Below are positions 19,515-28,475 of a stretch of DNA of 54,993 nt, in pieces. The notes beneath the pieces were generated by a model. The model worked only from the letters and a program-made list of their open reading frames with translations, was not told the origin of the DNA and ran no database searches. The stretch covers positions 1-54,993 of IMG/VR virus record IMGVR_UViG_3300045977_000377. One strand, 5' to 3'. This DNA is from a virus (Duplodnaviria; Caudoviricetes). Made by a program: the position numbers and the translations under genes. Positions within the stretch are counted from its first letter, which is position 1. Each line of letters starts with the position of its first letter.

Positions 19515-20213
19515 CTACTTGCGGTTCGCGTGCGGCGGCTCGGGCGGCTTCGCGACCACCTGCTTGGCGGGCGGCTTCTCTCCGCTCTTCTCCTGCTCCT
19601 CCGCGAACTCCTCGGCCGCGATGGCGAGGGCGCTCGTCGCGAGATCCGGATTGTCGACCTTCTCGTCGGGCGTCAGGTAGGCGAACGGAGAGTCGGACGG
19701 AGGCTGCTTCTCCTCGTCTTCCTCCCCGGCTTCCTTCTCGCTTTCCTTGGCGGCCGCGCGGGCCTTCTTCAAATTCTTCATGGCCTCGGCCGCCTCCTCG
19801 GTGGTGGGGACCGACTTGACGAGCGAGCCGTCCGCGATGATCACGCTCTCGATGTAGATGCCCACATCGCGCAGCGCTTCGGTGCAGTCGGCGTGAACGA
19901 GCGCGCCCGGCCACTGGATGGCGTCGGCCTTCATGCGGCCGGTGAGGTAGACGCCCGCCTGCACGGTAGCGGTGGTGGCGTCCACGTCATCGACCAGGAC
20001 GCAGTTGCAATCGGCGGCGGCCGCCGGGACGGTGATGACTCCGGTGGCGGGAACGATTTTCAGAATCGCGCCGCGCTTCAGGATGCCGATGCCCGACGCG
20101 ACCGTGCCCTTGCGCGAGGTCACATCGTGGCCGTCCGCGAGAAGCGCGGAGAGAAACGTCGGCGTCGAAAACCCGAAGCTGGCTTTGCTGATCGGATCGT
20201 AAGTAGCGGGCAT
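19515..20213 (-). CDS. head decoration protein (gpD-like) with acidic C-terminal extension
   Basis: LKRGAIL...VLVDDVDAT...VYLTG motifs; between protease and capsid genes. Confidence 0.75.
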   Translation of the reverse strand: MPATYDPISKASFGFSTPTFLSALLADGHDVTSRKGTVASGIGILKRGAILKIVPATGVITVPAAAADCNCVLVDDVDATTATVQAGVYLTGRMKADAIQWPGALVHADCTEALRDVGIYIESVIIADGSLVKSVPTTEEAAEAMKNLKKARAAAKESEKEAGEEDEEKQPPSDSPFAYLTPDEKVDNPDLATSALAIAAEEFAEEQEKSGEKPPAKQVVAKPPEPPHANRK

Positions 20214-20236
20214 GAAGTCTCCTTCCTGGTCACTGG

Positions 20237-21532
20237 TTACGCCGCGTTGTGGCGACGGTCCTTCGGGACGAACGCGAGAATGCGCTGCGCCTCGCTCGCC
20301 TCGGGGTCTTCCTCGGGGCCGCGCGTGCCGACCGCCGGGTTCTGGATGCCCGCCATGCGCGCGGCCAACGGGTCGGCCGGTGGCTTCGCGTCTGGCGTCG
20401 GCGCCGCCGCGAGAATCTTCTTCGCGGCCTCGGGCGTCATGTCGGTTTCGAGCGCGAGCGCGCGGGCGAGCCCTTCGCGCCCTTTGGCCTCGGGCGCGTC
20501 GAGGATGGCCGCGATGCGTTGCCGCTCGGCCTGCACGCGGGCGCCGTCGACGGCGGGCGCGAGAGCGACAGGCGCCGGTTGCGGTTGCGGTTCAGGTGGA
20601 GCCGCCGGGGCCGGAGCCGCCGGAGGCGTCGGATTCGGATTGTCTGCCATGGGTCTAACCTCCTGACTAACTGCGATGGACACGGCGCGCGGCGCGGACT
20701 CAGCCGCTAGGCGCGCCACCAGCGGCTCGAAGCTCCCGATCTCGTCGGCCATGCCCGCCGCGACGGCGTCGGCCGCAATCATCACCGAGCCCTGCCCGAA
20801 GCGGGACTCAACGGTTTCTGTTGAGACGCCGCGCAACGCGGCGACCCGGCCGATGAAGATCTCCGCGAGCGCGTCGACCACTTTCAAGATCTGCGCGCGG
20901 CCGTCGTCGGTCGCCGGATCGGTTCGCTTGAGCGGGCTCTTCGAGGACACGATCTCGTACTGCTTGACTCCCTGCCGCTCCTGCGCCGCGCGGTTGTCGC
21001 GCAGCGAAGCCACCACGCCGATGGAGCCCAACAGGGCCGACTCGACGGCCACGATGCGCGGCGCGGCGGCCGCAATCCAGTAGCCCGCCGACGCGGCCAT
21101 GTGGTCGACGTATGCGGTCACCGGCTTGATCTTCGAGCCCGCGCGGATCTGGTCCGCGAACTCCTGCACGCCGTCGATCTGGCCGCCGGGCGAGTCGACA
21201 TCGAGCAGGACGTGCTTCACCTGCGGATTGTCGAGCGCGGTCTGGAAGTCGCGCGCCAGCGTCTGGATCGAGGACGCGCCCGAGAGTTCCGTCATGAGGT
21301 TCGCGTAGCGGAAGAGCGGGCCGGTGACGCCGAGGATCGCCACGCCGTTGCGGATCTCGACCGAGTTGCCCGCGTTTTCGAGCGGGCGGCCGAGCTTCGC
21401 CGCGACGGCGTCGAGGTCGACCTTCCCGGCTTCGTCCACGCGCGCGATGATCTCGTTCAGCCAGTCCGACGTGACCACCCATGGATGGTTGTGGATCTGC
21501 GCCAGCACGCGGAGGAGTTGAGAGCGAGGCAT
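20237..21532 (-). CDS. S49 capsid maturation protease with C-terminal scaffold (gpC/Nu3-like)
   Basis: DVDSPGG, MAASAGYWIA, GSIGV motifs; Pro/Ala linker then AERQRIAAIL. Confidence 0.92.
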   Translation of the reverse strand: MPRSQLLRVLAQIHNHPWVVTSDWLNEIIARVDEAGKVDLDAVAAKLGRPLENAGNSVEIRNGVAILGVTGPLFRYANLMTELSGASSIQTLARDFQTALDNPQVKHVLLDVDSPGGQIDGVQEFADQIRAGSKIKPVTAYVDHMAASAGYWIAAAAPRIVAVESALLGSIGVVASLRDNRAAQERQGVKQYEIVSSKSPLKRTDPATDDGRAQILKVVDALAEIFIGRVAALRGVSTETVESRFGQGSVMIAADAVAAGMADEIGSFEPLVARLAAESAPRAVSIAVSQEVRPMADNPNPTPPAAPAPAAPPEPQPQPAPVALAPAVDGARVQAERQRIAAILDAPEAKGREGLARALALETDMTPEAAKKILAAAPTPDAKPPADPLAARMAGIQNPAVGTRGPEEDPEASEAQRILAFVPKDRRHNAA

Positions 21533-23316
21533 TACGCCGCCTTCCTCGCCTTCTCGTCGGGCGCGTCTTCCTCTTCGCCGTCGCCTTCCTCGCCGTCCTC
21601 TTCGCCGCCTTCTTCCTCGGCGTCATCGTCCGCGTCCGGATCGTCGGGCGGCTCGGGCTTTGCTCCCTGCGGCGGCATGGCGGCCGCGAGCCCCAACTGC
21701 CGGGCGCGCTCCAACTCCAGAGCGCGTTGTTCCTGCACCTCGTTCCAGTCGAGCCCCTGCTCGGCGCATTCGAGTTCAAGCGTTGAGATCATGGTCCCCA
21801 ACCTTATCTGCGCGGCTTGCGCTTCCTTCACCGGATCGATCCAGCCGCGCCCCGGCCCGATCCACTTACTCCGCAGATAGAACGGCATCAACTCGTAGAA
21901 GTTGGGCGCGTCGATCATGCCCGCGCTGACGGCCTCTTCAAACCAGAGCTTGTAAACGGCCGAGCACCAGTAGATCGAGAGCCACGTCCTGCGGCCGATG
22001 AAGAACCTCCACGCCTCCAGCAACGCGGCTCGCGCGCTAGAGTAATTCGTCTTCGAGAAATCCTTGAGCACTAACTCATACGGCAGGCCGATGGCCGCGC
22101 CGATCTGCCGGATCACCGCTTCGACGAAGTTGGAGAACTGCGGCGCCGGGCGCGCCGGAACGAACGGCGTCAACTCGTCGCCGGGGTAGAGCGGCACGAG
22201 GCTTCCGCCTTCCATCTGCGGCCGGTACTCGCCCTTCTCCGAGAGGTATTTGTTGGGGTCGCCGCCCACCATCTCCGCGATGGCGACCGGGTCCATCGGC
22301 GTGGTGATCACGCCCGCCACGAGCGAGTTCACGATGCTCGACTGAAGCTCCGTCCGCTGGTAGCTGTCGAGCATGCGGAACTGCTCGATGACCGGCGAGA
22401 GAAGCGGCTTGCCGCGCGTCTGGTCGACCCGGTCCTGCGTGTAGAGATGCAGCACGCGCTTCCGGCCCCAGTCGGTTTCGGCCGGAATGCGGTCCCATTC
22501 GAGCAGCCCGATGGAGCCGAGCGTGGCGTAGCCGCCGCCCAGGAAGGCGTACAGTTCAAGCGGCGTGCCCTCAAGCTGCCGCTGCACGTGGTACGCGAGC
22601 GGGCGGCCATACACGTCCATCTCGACGCCGCCGCGCAGACGCGCGCTCGTCGGCTCGCCCTCGGGATTGGAGAGTCGATCCGTCTCGACCAACTGCAGGC
22701 AGGTGCGGAACGGCGTGTCGACGCGCTCCAGCCAGAGCGGCAGCGCGAGCGCTTCGCCGTTCGCCATCCAGGCGCGGAACACCAACTGCGTCATGGACGC
22801 GAAGTTCATCTTCCCGGCGGCGTCACATGCGGTGGTGTTCGCCCACGTCTGCCAGAGGCTCTCGACCTGTCGCGACCACTCCTCGGCCCACTTGATGTCG
22901 CGGCCGAGCGCGCGGTAATCCGGCTGCGCCGCGAGCCGCAGGCCGATGCCGACCGTATTGTCCTGCAGCGTCTGGAACGCGCCCGAGGCGATGCCCGAGT
23001 TGCGGTCGAGATCCCTGCTCCGCGCGACCAGCAGATCGTAGGACTGCAGTAGCTCCAGGTCCGCAGGCGCCCGCTCCGGTTGCCAGTTGCTGAGTTGCTT
23101 CCGGATGCGGCTCGCGCCCGCGTAGGGCGAGTCCTTGTACGGCGTGCAGCACTGGCCGCCGAAGCGCATCCCGGCCGCTGGTGGCGTCGGCGCAGGATGC
23201 GTCCAGCGGCTCCAGAGCCGCGCCAGCAATCCATGGTTCGGCGCCACGGTGGGTGTCGCTGGCGCGGCCACCGGCGCCGGAATGGAACGGCGCCGATCTT
23301 GAACGGGCGCCGTCAT
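21532..23316 (-). CDS. portal protein (lambda family)
   Basis: RSRDLDRN, QTRGKP, NYSSARAALLE, GWIDPVKEA; start MTAPVQ overlaps the gpW stop. Confidence 0.93.
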   Translation of the reverse strand: MTAPVQDRRRSIPAPVAAPATPTVAPNHGLLARLWSRWTHPAPTPPAAGMRFGGQCCTPYKDSPYAGASRIRKQLSNWQPERAPADLELLQSYDLLVARSRDLDRNSGIASGAFQTLQDNTVGIGLRLAAQPDYRALGRDIKWAEEWSRQVESLWQTWANTTACDAAGKMNFASMTQLVFRAWMANGEALALPLWLERVDTPFRTCLQLVETDRLSNPEGEPTSARLRGGVEMDVYGRPLAYHVQRQLEGTPLELYAFLGGGYATLGSIGLLEWDRIPAETDWGRKRVLHLYTQDRVDQTRGKPLLSPVIEQFRMLDSYQRTELQSSIVNSLVAGVITTPMDPVAIAEMVGGDPNKYLSEKGEYRPQMEGGSLVPLYPGDELTPFVPARPAPQFSNFVEAVIRQIGAAIGLPYELVLKDFSKTNYSSARAALLEAWRFFIGRRTWLSIYWCSAVYKLWFEEAVSAGMIDAPNFYELMPFYLRSKWIGPGRGWIDPVKEAQAAQIRLGTMISTLELECAEQGLDWNEVQEQRALELERARQLGLAAAMPPQGAKPEPPDDPDADDDAEEEGGEEDGEEGDGEEEDAPDEKARKAA

Positions 23317-23564
23317 GGGCACGCCTCGATGGAGAGAGGGCGCCGCCGCCGGAAGGCGTAAGCGGCTTCGGGATGCACGAGCGCCTCCAGTTGATCGATC
23401 AGCATCCGCAGATCCGCGACGTTGACTTCCGGGTAGACCACCCGGCCGAGTTGCGGCGTTTCGATGGCGATGGGCGATTGCCCGAGCGTGACTTCGACCA
23501 GCCGCCGCCGGGCTTTCGCCAGCATCTGTTCGAGGATCGGGTCGACTCCGTTGCCGTTCGCCAT
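23313..23564 (-). CDS. gpW-like head-to-tail joining protein
   Basis: 83 aa between terminase and portal; V.Y...DL...I..LE...RRRP pattern. Confidence 0.7.
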   Translation of the reverse strand: MANGNGVDPILEQMLAKARRRLVEVTLGQSPIAIETPQLGRVVYPEVNVADLRMLIDQLEALVHPEAAYAFRRRRPLSIEACP

Positions 23565-23567
23565 TGC

Positions 23568-25487
23568 TCACTCCAGCCAATCGGTGCGCGGGCCGCTCGA
23601 CCGGAACTGCGGGACCGGCGTGCGCGCGGCTGACGGCGCGCCCGTCGACGGGACGGCGGCCGTGGTTCGCACGTTGGGGTCGCTCAGAACGGCTTCGGTT
23701 TCGTCCCACCGCTCCGGCTTCCACGATTCCAGGCGCAGGCTCGCCGCCGCCGCTCGCGCGTAGATGCGGCAGTCGAGCGCTTCATTGCGGTCGCGGATCT
23801 TCTCCCACGAGGAGACGCGGCGGCCGCCGACGGCGCGTGTGATCAACTGCTCGGCCGTCAACTGCTCGAAGTAGTTCTTGTTGTATTCGGGGAAGTGGCA
23901 GTAACCGGCGGGCCACTCCTCGCCGCGCGTCAGATCCGGCGCGGGCTGACGGAGCCATCGGTAAAGCTCTTCCTTCGCGATGTTCACGTTGAGCGGCCAG
24001 AGCCTGATCCCGAACTTGACGCGCGAGCCGGTGGGGCCGACCTCGATCAGCTTCGCCGCGCCGAGCACCGAGGGCACGGTGGTCTGGCCTTTCACCGCCA
24101 TCACGCGCTGCCGCGATTGCTTGCGAATCCAGTCGTACACGGCCATCGTGTTGAAGCCCGAGTCGACGGCGATGCGGCGGATTCGCACGGTCTGTCCGTA
24201 CTCGGTCGCAAAGTCCTCTTCGAGCATCTCGGAGAGGTTCTGCCAAACGTGCGGCTGATGCGTCTCGCCCTCGAAGACGCGATAGTCAATCGACCAGGAC
24301 TCCTTGTTGCGGCCCCATGCGACCACCTCGACTTCGAGGCGCCGGGGATGCACGTCGACGCCTGCGGTGAGCACCAGCCCGCCGCGCGGGACCACGCCGA
24401 TCTGGTAGGTCTCCCGCCGCTCGAAGAGCCGCTCGGCGTCCGGAACCTCCGAGGCGTCGGCATACGGCAGGCCGAGCACGGTGTTCTGGAACACCTGCAC
24501 CTTCTCCGGATCGTTTCCCGCTTTCTCGCGACGTTCGGCAACTTGTCCCCAACTCAGCCAACCCACGGGAGAGTACAAGCTCGGCAGATGGTAGCCGTGG
24601 ACAATCTCGTTCACTGAACGGGGTCTCCACTGGCCGCGCGCGAGCATCCACTCCTTCTCGTGGTTGGAGATCGGTTGCGCGCACGCCTCGCAGTAATACT
24701 TCGCGAGACGCGGCTGCCCCGTCGGCCATCGCAGGTTCGCCATCTGCAGCACGAGCATCTCGCCGCAACGCGGACAGGGAACCCAGAACTGCCGCTGGTC
24801 GCTCTGCTCGTAGAAGCGCTCGATGCGCGACCGGCCGCTCACAACCGGCGTCGATGTGATCAGGATCTTCCGGCGCGGGAAGTTGGTGGTGCGCGCCATC
24901 GCCAGATCGCACGGGTCGCCCTCGCCCTCGATGTCGCCGGGGTAGGCGTCGACCTCATCGAGGAACAGATAGCGCGCCGCCATCGACCGCAGGCCGGTCG
25001 CGGAGTTCGCGCCGGTCATCACCAGGATGCCGCCGTCGAATTCCTTCGCCAGGACCGTGTTCCCCGAGTCGCGCGAGCGCGCTTCCTTCACCAACGCCGA
25101 CAGGACCGGCGAGTCCTCGATCAGCGGCTGGATGCGCTGCTTCGAGTTGCGCTTCGCCATCTCGACCGACGGCATCACGCTAAGGAACGGCCCCGGCGCG
25201 CGGTGGATCGAGTAGCCGATCCAGTTGTTGCCGGTCTCGGTCTTTCCCACCTGCGCGCCCGCCATGATGACCACCACCTCGACTCGCGAAGAGGGGGACA
25301 AATCATCCATCGGAGCGCGCAGGTACGGAACTCGCGAAGTGCGCCACGGGCCGGGCTCGGGCGAGGAGCGCTCCGTCAGCACCCGAAACTCATCGGCCCA
25401 GTCGGAGATCAGTTCACGCGGATCGGGACGCGCGCCGTCGTAGGCGCCGGAGCGGTAGACCTCGGCGGGCGTGAACGGCGCCATCAT
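23568..25487 (-). CDS. terL: terminase large subunit (lambda gpA family)
   Basis: AQVGKTE Walker A, FLDEVDAY Walker B, STP coupling motif, CPRC/CEAC Zn motif, RNEALDC. Confidence 0.95.
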   Translation of the reverse strand: MMAPFTPAEVYRSGAYDGARPDPRELISDWADEFRVLTERSSPEPGPWRTSRVPYLRAPMDDLSPSSRVEVVVIMAGAQVGKTETGNNWIGYSIHRAPGPFLSVMPSVEMAKRNSKQRIQPLIEDSPVLSALVKEARSRDSGNTVLAKEFDGGILVMTGANSATGLRSMAARYLFLDEVDAYPGDIEGEGDPCDLAMARTTNFPRRKILITSTPVVSGRSRIERFYEQSDQRQFWVPCPRCGEMLVLQMANLRWPTGQPRLAKYYCEACAQPISNHEKEWMLARGQWRPRSVNEIVHGYHLPSLYSPVGWLSWGQVAERREKAGNDPEKVQVFQNTVLGLPYADASEVPDAERLFERRETYQIGVVPRGGLVLTAGVDVHPRRLEVEVVAWGRNKESWSIDYRVFEGETHQPHVWQNLSEMLEEDFATEYGQTVRIRRIAVDSGFNTMAVYDWIRKQSRQRVMAVKGQTTVPSVLGAAKLIEVGPTGSRVKFGIRLWPLNVNIAKEELYRWLRQPAPDLTRGEEWPAGYCHFPEYNKNYFEQLTAEQLITRAVGGRRVSSWEKIRDRNEALDCRIYARAAAASLRLESWKPERWDETEAVLSDPNVRTTAAVPSTGAPSAARTPVPQFRSSGPRTDWLE

Positions 25488-25993
25488 CCGAGCTTGCCCT
25501 CCGAGAAGGTCTGGAAGATCCGCGTGAGTTCGTCTTCGAGGATCTGCCGCGCGTTGCCCTCGTCGGTCTCGGCCGCTAACTGAGCGGCGAGGCGCGGCGG
25601 CAGGTTGAGGCAGGCGTCACGCAAGACGCGGAATAGCCGGTAGGCTTCCTGCTTCACGTCGCCCGCTTTCACCAACTCGCCCCGGCGCGCTTCGAGTTCA
25701 AGCTGGCGCCGCTGCGCCTCGTACACCTCGCGCAACGCGCGGGCCTGCATGAAGGTCATGCCCGGCACGGGTTCCGTCGGCAGTGGCTCACCCGGCGAGC
25801 CACCCCTCGGTTGCGAGACCAGCTTCGGCCCCGGCCGCGCGTTCGCCTCCTCGGTGTTCTCGACCCATGCCTTGTCGGCCGCGTCGGAGTCGATCCGGTT
25901 GTCTTCGGTCAGCGGAATGCGGCCGCGCCGGATGGCATACTGCACAGCCTGCAGGTGGCATCCCCGGTGCTCTGCGTACTCGGTTACTCCCAT
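25484..25993 (-). CDS. terS: terminase small subunit (Nu1-like)
   Basis: N-terminal HTH (EYAEHRGC...AVQYAIRRGRI), GELV motif, LP.RLA. Confidence 0.85.
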   Translation of the reverse strand: MGVTEYAEHRGCHLQAVQYAIRRGRIPLTEDNRIDSDAADKAWVENTEEANARPGPKLVSQPRGGSPGEPLPTEPVPGMTFMQARALREVYEAQRRQLELEARRGELVKAGDVKQEAYRLFRVLRDACLNLPPRLAAQLAAETDEGNARQILEDELTRIFQTFSEGKLG

Positions 25994-26230
25994 CAGCACA
26001 AATCAACCCTTGCGGTCAAGTGCGACCTGCGGTACTATCGGCCAAACTGTCGGGTTTCTACGTGTGATGTACTGGGGCCGCTCGGGGTTGGGCGGCCCTC
26101 CGCATTTCTGCGGACGCGGAAGCTTACGAATAGCAGAGAATCCCCTTACAAGTCAAGAGGTTGCCCTGTGGAAAAGACGCCACTTGCGATGTGGCGGCAT
26201 TGCCACCTATGCCGAGTAGTCACTCTGCTA

Positions 26231-26552
26231 AATAGCTGATTCTAGGGCACTTGATCGAGCGAGAGCCTGGTTTCGCGTCCGTAAGTAGCTGATTCTAAAC
26301 GAGTTCCGAACCGCGGAGCCCGCGGGATGCCCAAGCCGCTGAAACTAAGTGATTTAGCTCGTATCGCTAGCGGTTTTGTGCGGGCGGCGAAGCCCCCGAC
26401 CGACCCCCCGGCGGAAGTACCTTAGAATCAACGGCGTACTGATTCCAAAGGACTTAGCTAAAGCCTTTGCAATCAGCGGTTTACCAAACCATTGATTCGG
26501 AAGGGGATAGCTCGCGCTGATTCTAAAGGACTTGAACTCGTTTAGAATCAAC
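26231..26552. repeat. left array of ~19-bp motif (Y)AAGTCCTTTAGAATCARC in both orientations
   Basis: six closely packed copies in 26414-26552 plus three near 26235, 26288 and 26338. Confidence 0.85.
26366..26422 (-). other. candidate cos site (cosQ-like AGGTACT, cosN-like 12-mer 26384-26395)
   Basis: layout parallels lambda GGGTCCT...CG GGGCGGCGACCT CGC...CGCTA; ~390 bp upstream of terS. Confidence 0.55.
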
Positions 26553-26571
26553 GGCGCGCTCGTGTCACCAT

Positions 26572-27200
26572 CGGCAGGTGGCAGGCAGGGCCGACGGCCG
26601 ACGGGCGCGCCCGAGGGCCGAAAATCGACTATTGACGGCCGTCGGCCGATGCGACTATGCGCCATCACATTATGTTTAGAATCAATCACTTACAACGAAA
26701 TGTGGAAAACGGCCGTTTTTCGAGTACTAGTGGCACGGCGCGGGATTCCCCTATGAGACACATAGTACTAGTCATCTCGTTGATAATGAATGGTTTATTG
26801 ATTTTCGCCGTTTGCCTGTGGAAAACCACGGGGAATCAACGGGATACAGGGCCGACGGCCGACGGGCGCCGACACTGGAGAGGGCAGGCGCGCCCGAGGG
26901 CAGGCAGGGCCGACGGCGCGCGACAGGTGGCAGGGCAGGCAGGCAGGCGCCCGGTTAGACGGCCGACGGCGCGCGATAGGACGGCCGACGGCGCGCCCGG
27001 TAGACAGGTGGCAGGCAGGGCAGGCGCGCCCATCGGACGCGCGCCCGAGGGCAGGCAGGCGGCGCCCGTGGCAGGTGGCAGGGCCGACGGTCGACAGGCA
27101 GGCAGGCGGCCGCCTGCAGGGCAGGCAGGCGCGCCCGAGGGCAAGTGTAGAGACCGACGGCCGACGGCGCCCCCGGCGCCCGAGGGCAGGCAGGGCCGAC
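26572..27200 (+). repeat. polar simple-sequence repeats (GGCAGG, GGCCGAC, GGCGCGCCCGAGG)
   Basis: low-vocabulary G-rich tracts at 26572-26620 and 26848-27200; also 27540-27675 and 29411-29501. Confidence 0.85.
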
Positions 27201-27633
27201 GGTCGATTGGATACTTATTCACGTTTATGCATATCTATACATTTTTGGATGTCGGCGCCTCGGGAATCTTGAATCCCTATAGAGATGAGGGCGATTGGTT
27301 TTCCACAGTGTATCTGTTGATTCATTCGCCTCACTTTCGCTTTTTTTAGCCCTCGGAAGGGCTTCCATTGCGTAACGGTGCGCTCACACGCCGTCGGTCG
27401 ATTCTAGGGCCGTTTCCGCCTCGGGAAACCCTATGTTCGTTTGTGGGAAAGTCAACGACTTACACTGTGGATAAAACTGTGGATTTTTCGGGCTGTTTTC
27501 GGAGTATTCACCCGGTATACATGCGGCCGTCGGCGCCGACACTGGGGAGAGGGCAGGCGGCCGCCTGCAGGGCAGGCGTAGAGGGCAGGGCAGGCAGGCA
27601 GGCAGGCAGGCAGGGCGCCGACGGCGCGCCCAT

Positions 27634-27669
27634 AAACAGAACGGGCGCCCGTGTTACCGGGCGCCCGTG
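27634..27669 (-). terminator. putative intrinsic terminator of the island operon
   Basis: ACGGGCGCCCG-gtaaca-CGGGCGCCCGT followed by TCTGTTT. Confidence 0.5.
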
Positions 27670-27691
27670 GCAGGTGGTCTGTTAGATCGAT

Positions 27692-27871
27692 CTATCGGCC
27701 GTTGAAACGAGCGGATAGGGTAATGCTGACGATATCGTCAGCGCGGGCGCCGTACATCTCACGCGCGACATCGGGCGCCCGTAGCACGGCGTCTGCTAAT
27801 CGGAAGTCGCGAAAGAACAACGTCTGACTCCGCCCGCTGCCGAATTCAACGTCAAAAGCGAATAGGTTCAT
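27692..27871 (-). CDS. hypothetical protein (59 aa)
   Basis: MNLFAFDVEFGSGRSQ...; purine-rich RBS. Confidence 0.5.
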   Translation of the reverse strand: MNLFAFDVEFGSGRSQTLFFRDFRLADAVLRAPDVAREMYGARADDIVSITLSARFNGR

Positions 27872-27891
27872 AGTTTCCCTTTTCCCCTGCC

Positions 27892-28098
27892 CTACTCGGG
27901 CAGGCGTTCGATTCCCTGCCTCTCCCGATGGTAGGTATGATTCCCGTCAAAGTCCGAGTGTAGGTATGTCACCTGCCCGAAGTATCCCCGCGCCCATTCT
28001 GTAGCTTCCGAGCAACTGTCCGAGTGAATCACCACATCGAAAGTGTAGGCGTCGGTCTGATTCTCAAATCGCACAATAAACGGCCGTTCTGATCTCAT
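27892..28098 (-). CDS. hypothetical protein
   Basis: 68 aa, TAATG coupling to the upstream gene. Confidence 0.55.
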   Translation of the reverse strand: MRSERPFIVRFENQTDAYTFDVVIHSDSCSEATEWARGYFGQVTYLHSDFDGNHTYHRERQGIERLPE

Positions 28099-28322
28099 TA
28101 GCGCACCACCTGTGATGCCAATTCTCCGATGGTTCCCTTAGCGAAAGCTTCCCATCGGCGCCCGCGTTGAATGTAGGTGTACAACATGACCGTACCGTCG
28201 GACGCGATGTAGGACGCATTCTGATCAATCCGAAACACGGCGCCGGGAAAGTGTCTCAAGCGAAACGTCTCGGGGAATTCCGCTATCGCGGATTCCAGGG
28301 TCTTTTTTTGCTCGTTTGTCAT
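28098..28322 (-). CDS. hypothetical protein
   Basis: 74 aa, GGAG RBS. Confidence 0.6.
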   Translation of the reverse strand: MTNEQKKTLESAIAEFPETFRLRHFPGAVFRIDQNASYIASDGTVMLYTYIQRGRRWEAFAKGTIGELASQVVR

Positions 28323-28337
28323 GTCGTTTTCTCCGTT

Positions 28338-28475
28338 CTAGTTGGTTCTCAGATACTGCCATACGGCGCGCCAAACGGCGCGCCATTGAATCGGCCGACG
28401 GCCGTCTACCCTGCAGGTGTGCTCACTCCGAAGCAAACCGGCGCCGCACGCCTCACAACCCCGTGTGATCTCCAT
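28338..28475 (-). CDS. small Cys-containing hypothetical protein
   Basis: MEITRGCEACG...; TAATG coupled to the upstream gene. Confidence 0.35.
   Translation of the reverse strand: MEITRGCEACGAGLLRSEHTCRVDGRRPIQWRAVWRAVWQYLRTN

Larger units (their letters stand above)
26167..27486. promoter_or_regulatory. cluster of DnaA boxes
   Basis: TTWTNCACA matches at 26167, 26701, 26817, 27299 and 27466 (perfect TTATCCACA); near matches at 27215, 27442, 27478. Confidence 0.6.

Noticed and set aside
23317-23724. N-terminal extensions in the ORF track (portal, 16982-18031, 39807-40754, 40208-41482, 49234-50355)
   Set aside because: They overlap genuine upstream genes; downstream starts with stop-start coupling fit better.
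26414-26552. CRISPR or mini-array
   Set aside because: Repeats are degenerate, in mixed orientation, and separated by only 0-13 nt; no cas genes.
26572-27675. FtsK KOPS or Chi array
   Set aside because: Only one exact GGGNAGGG seen (27583) and no exact GCTGGTGG; host motifs are unknown, so kept only as a possibility.
26354-27685. ORFs called across the repeat region
   Set aside because: Low-complexity G/R/Q/A/P translations of simple repeats with no RBS.
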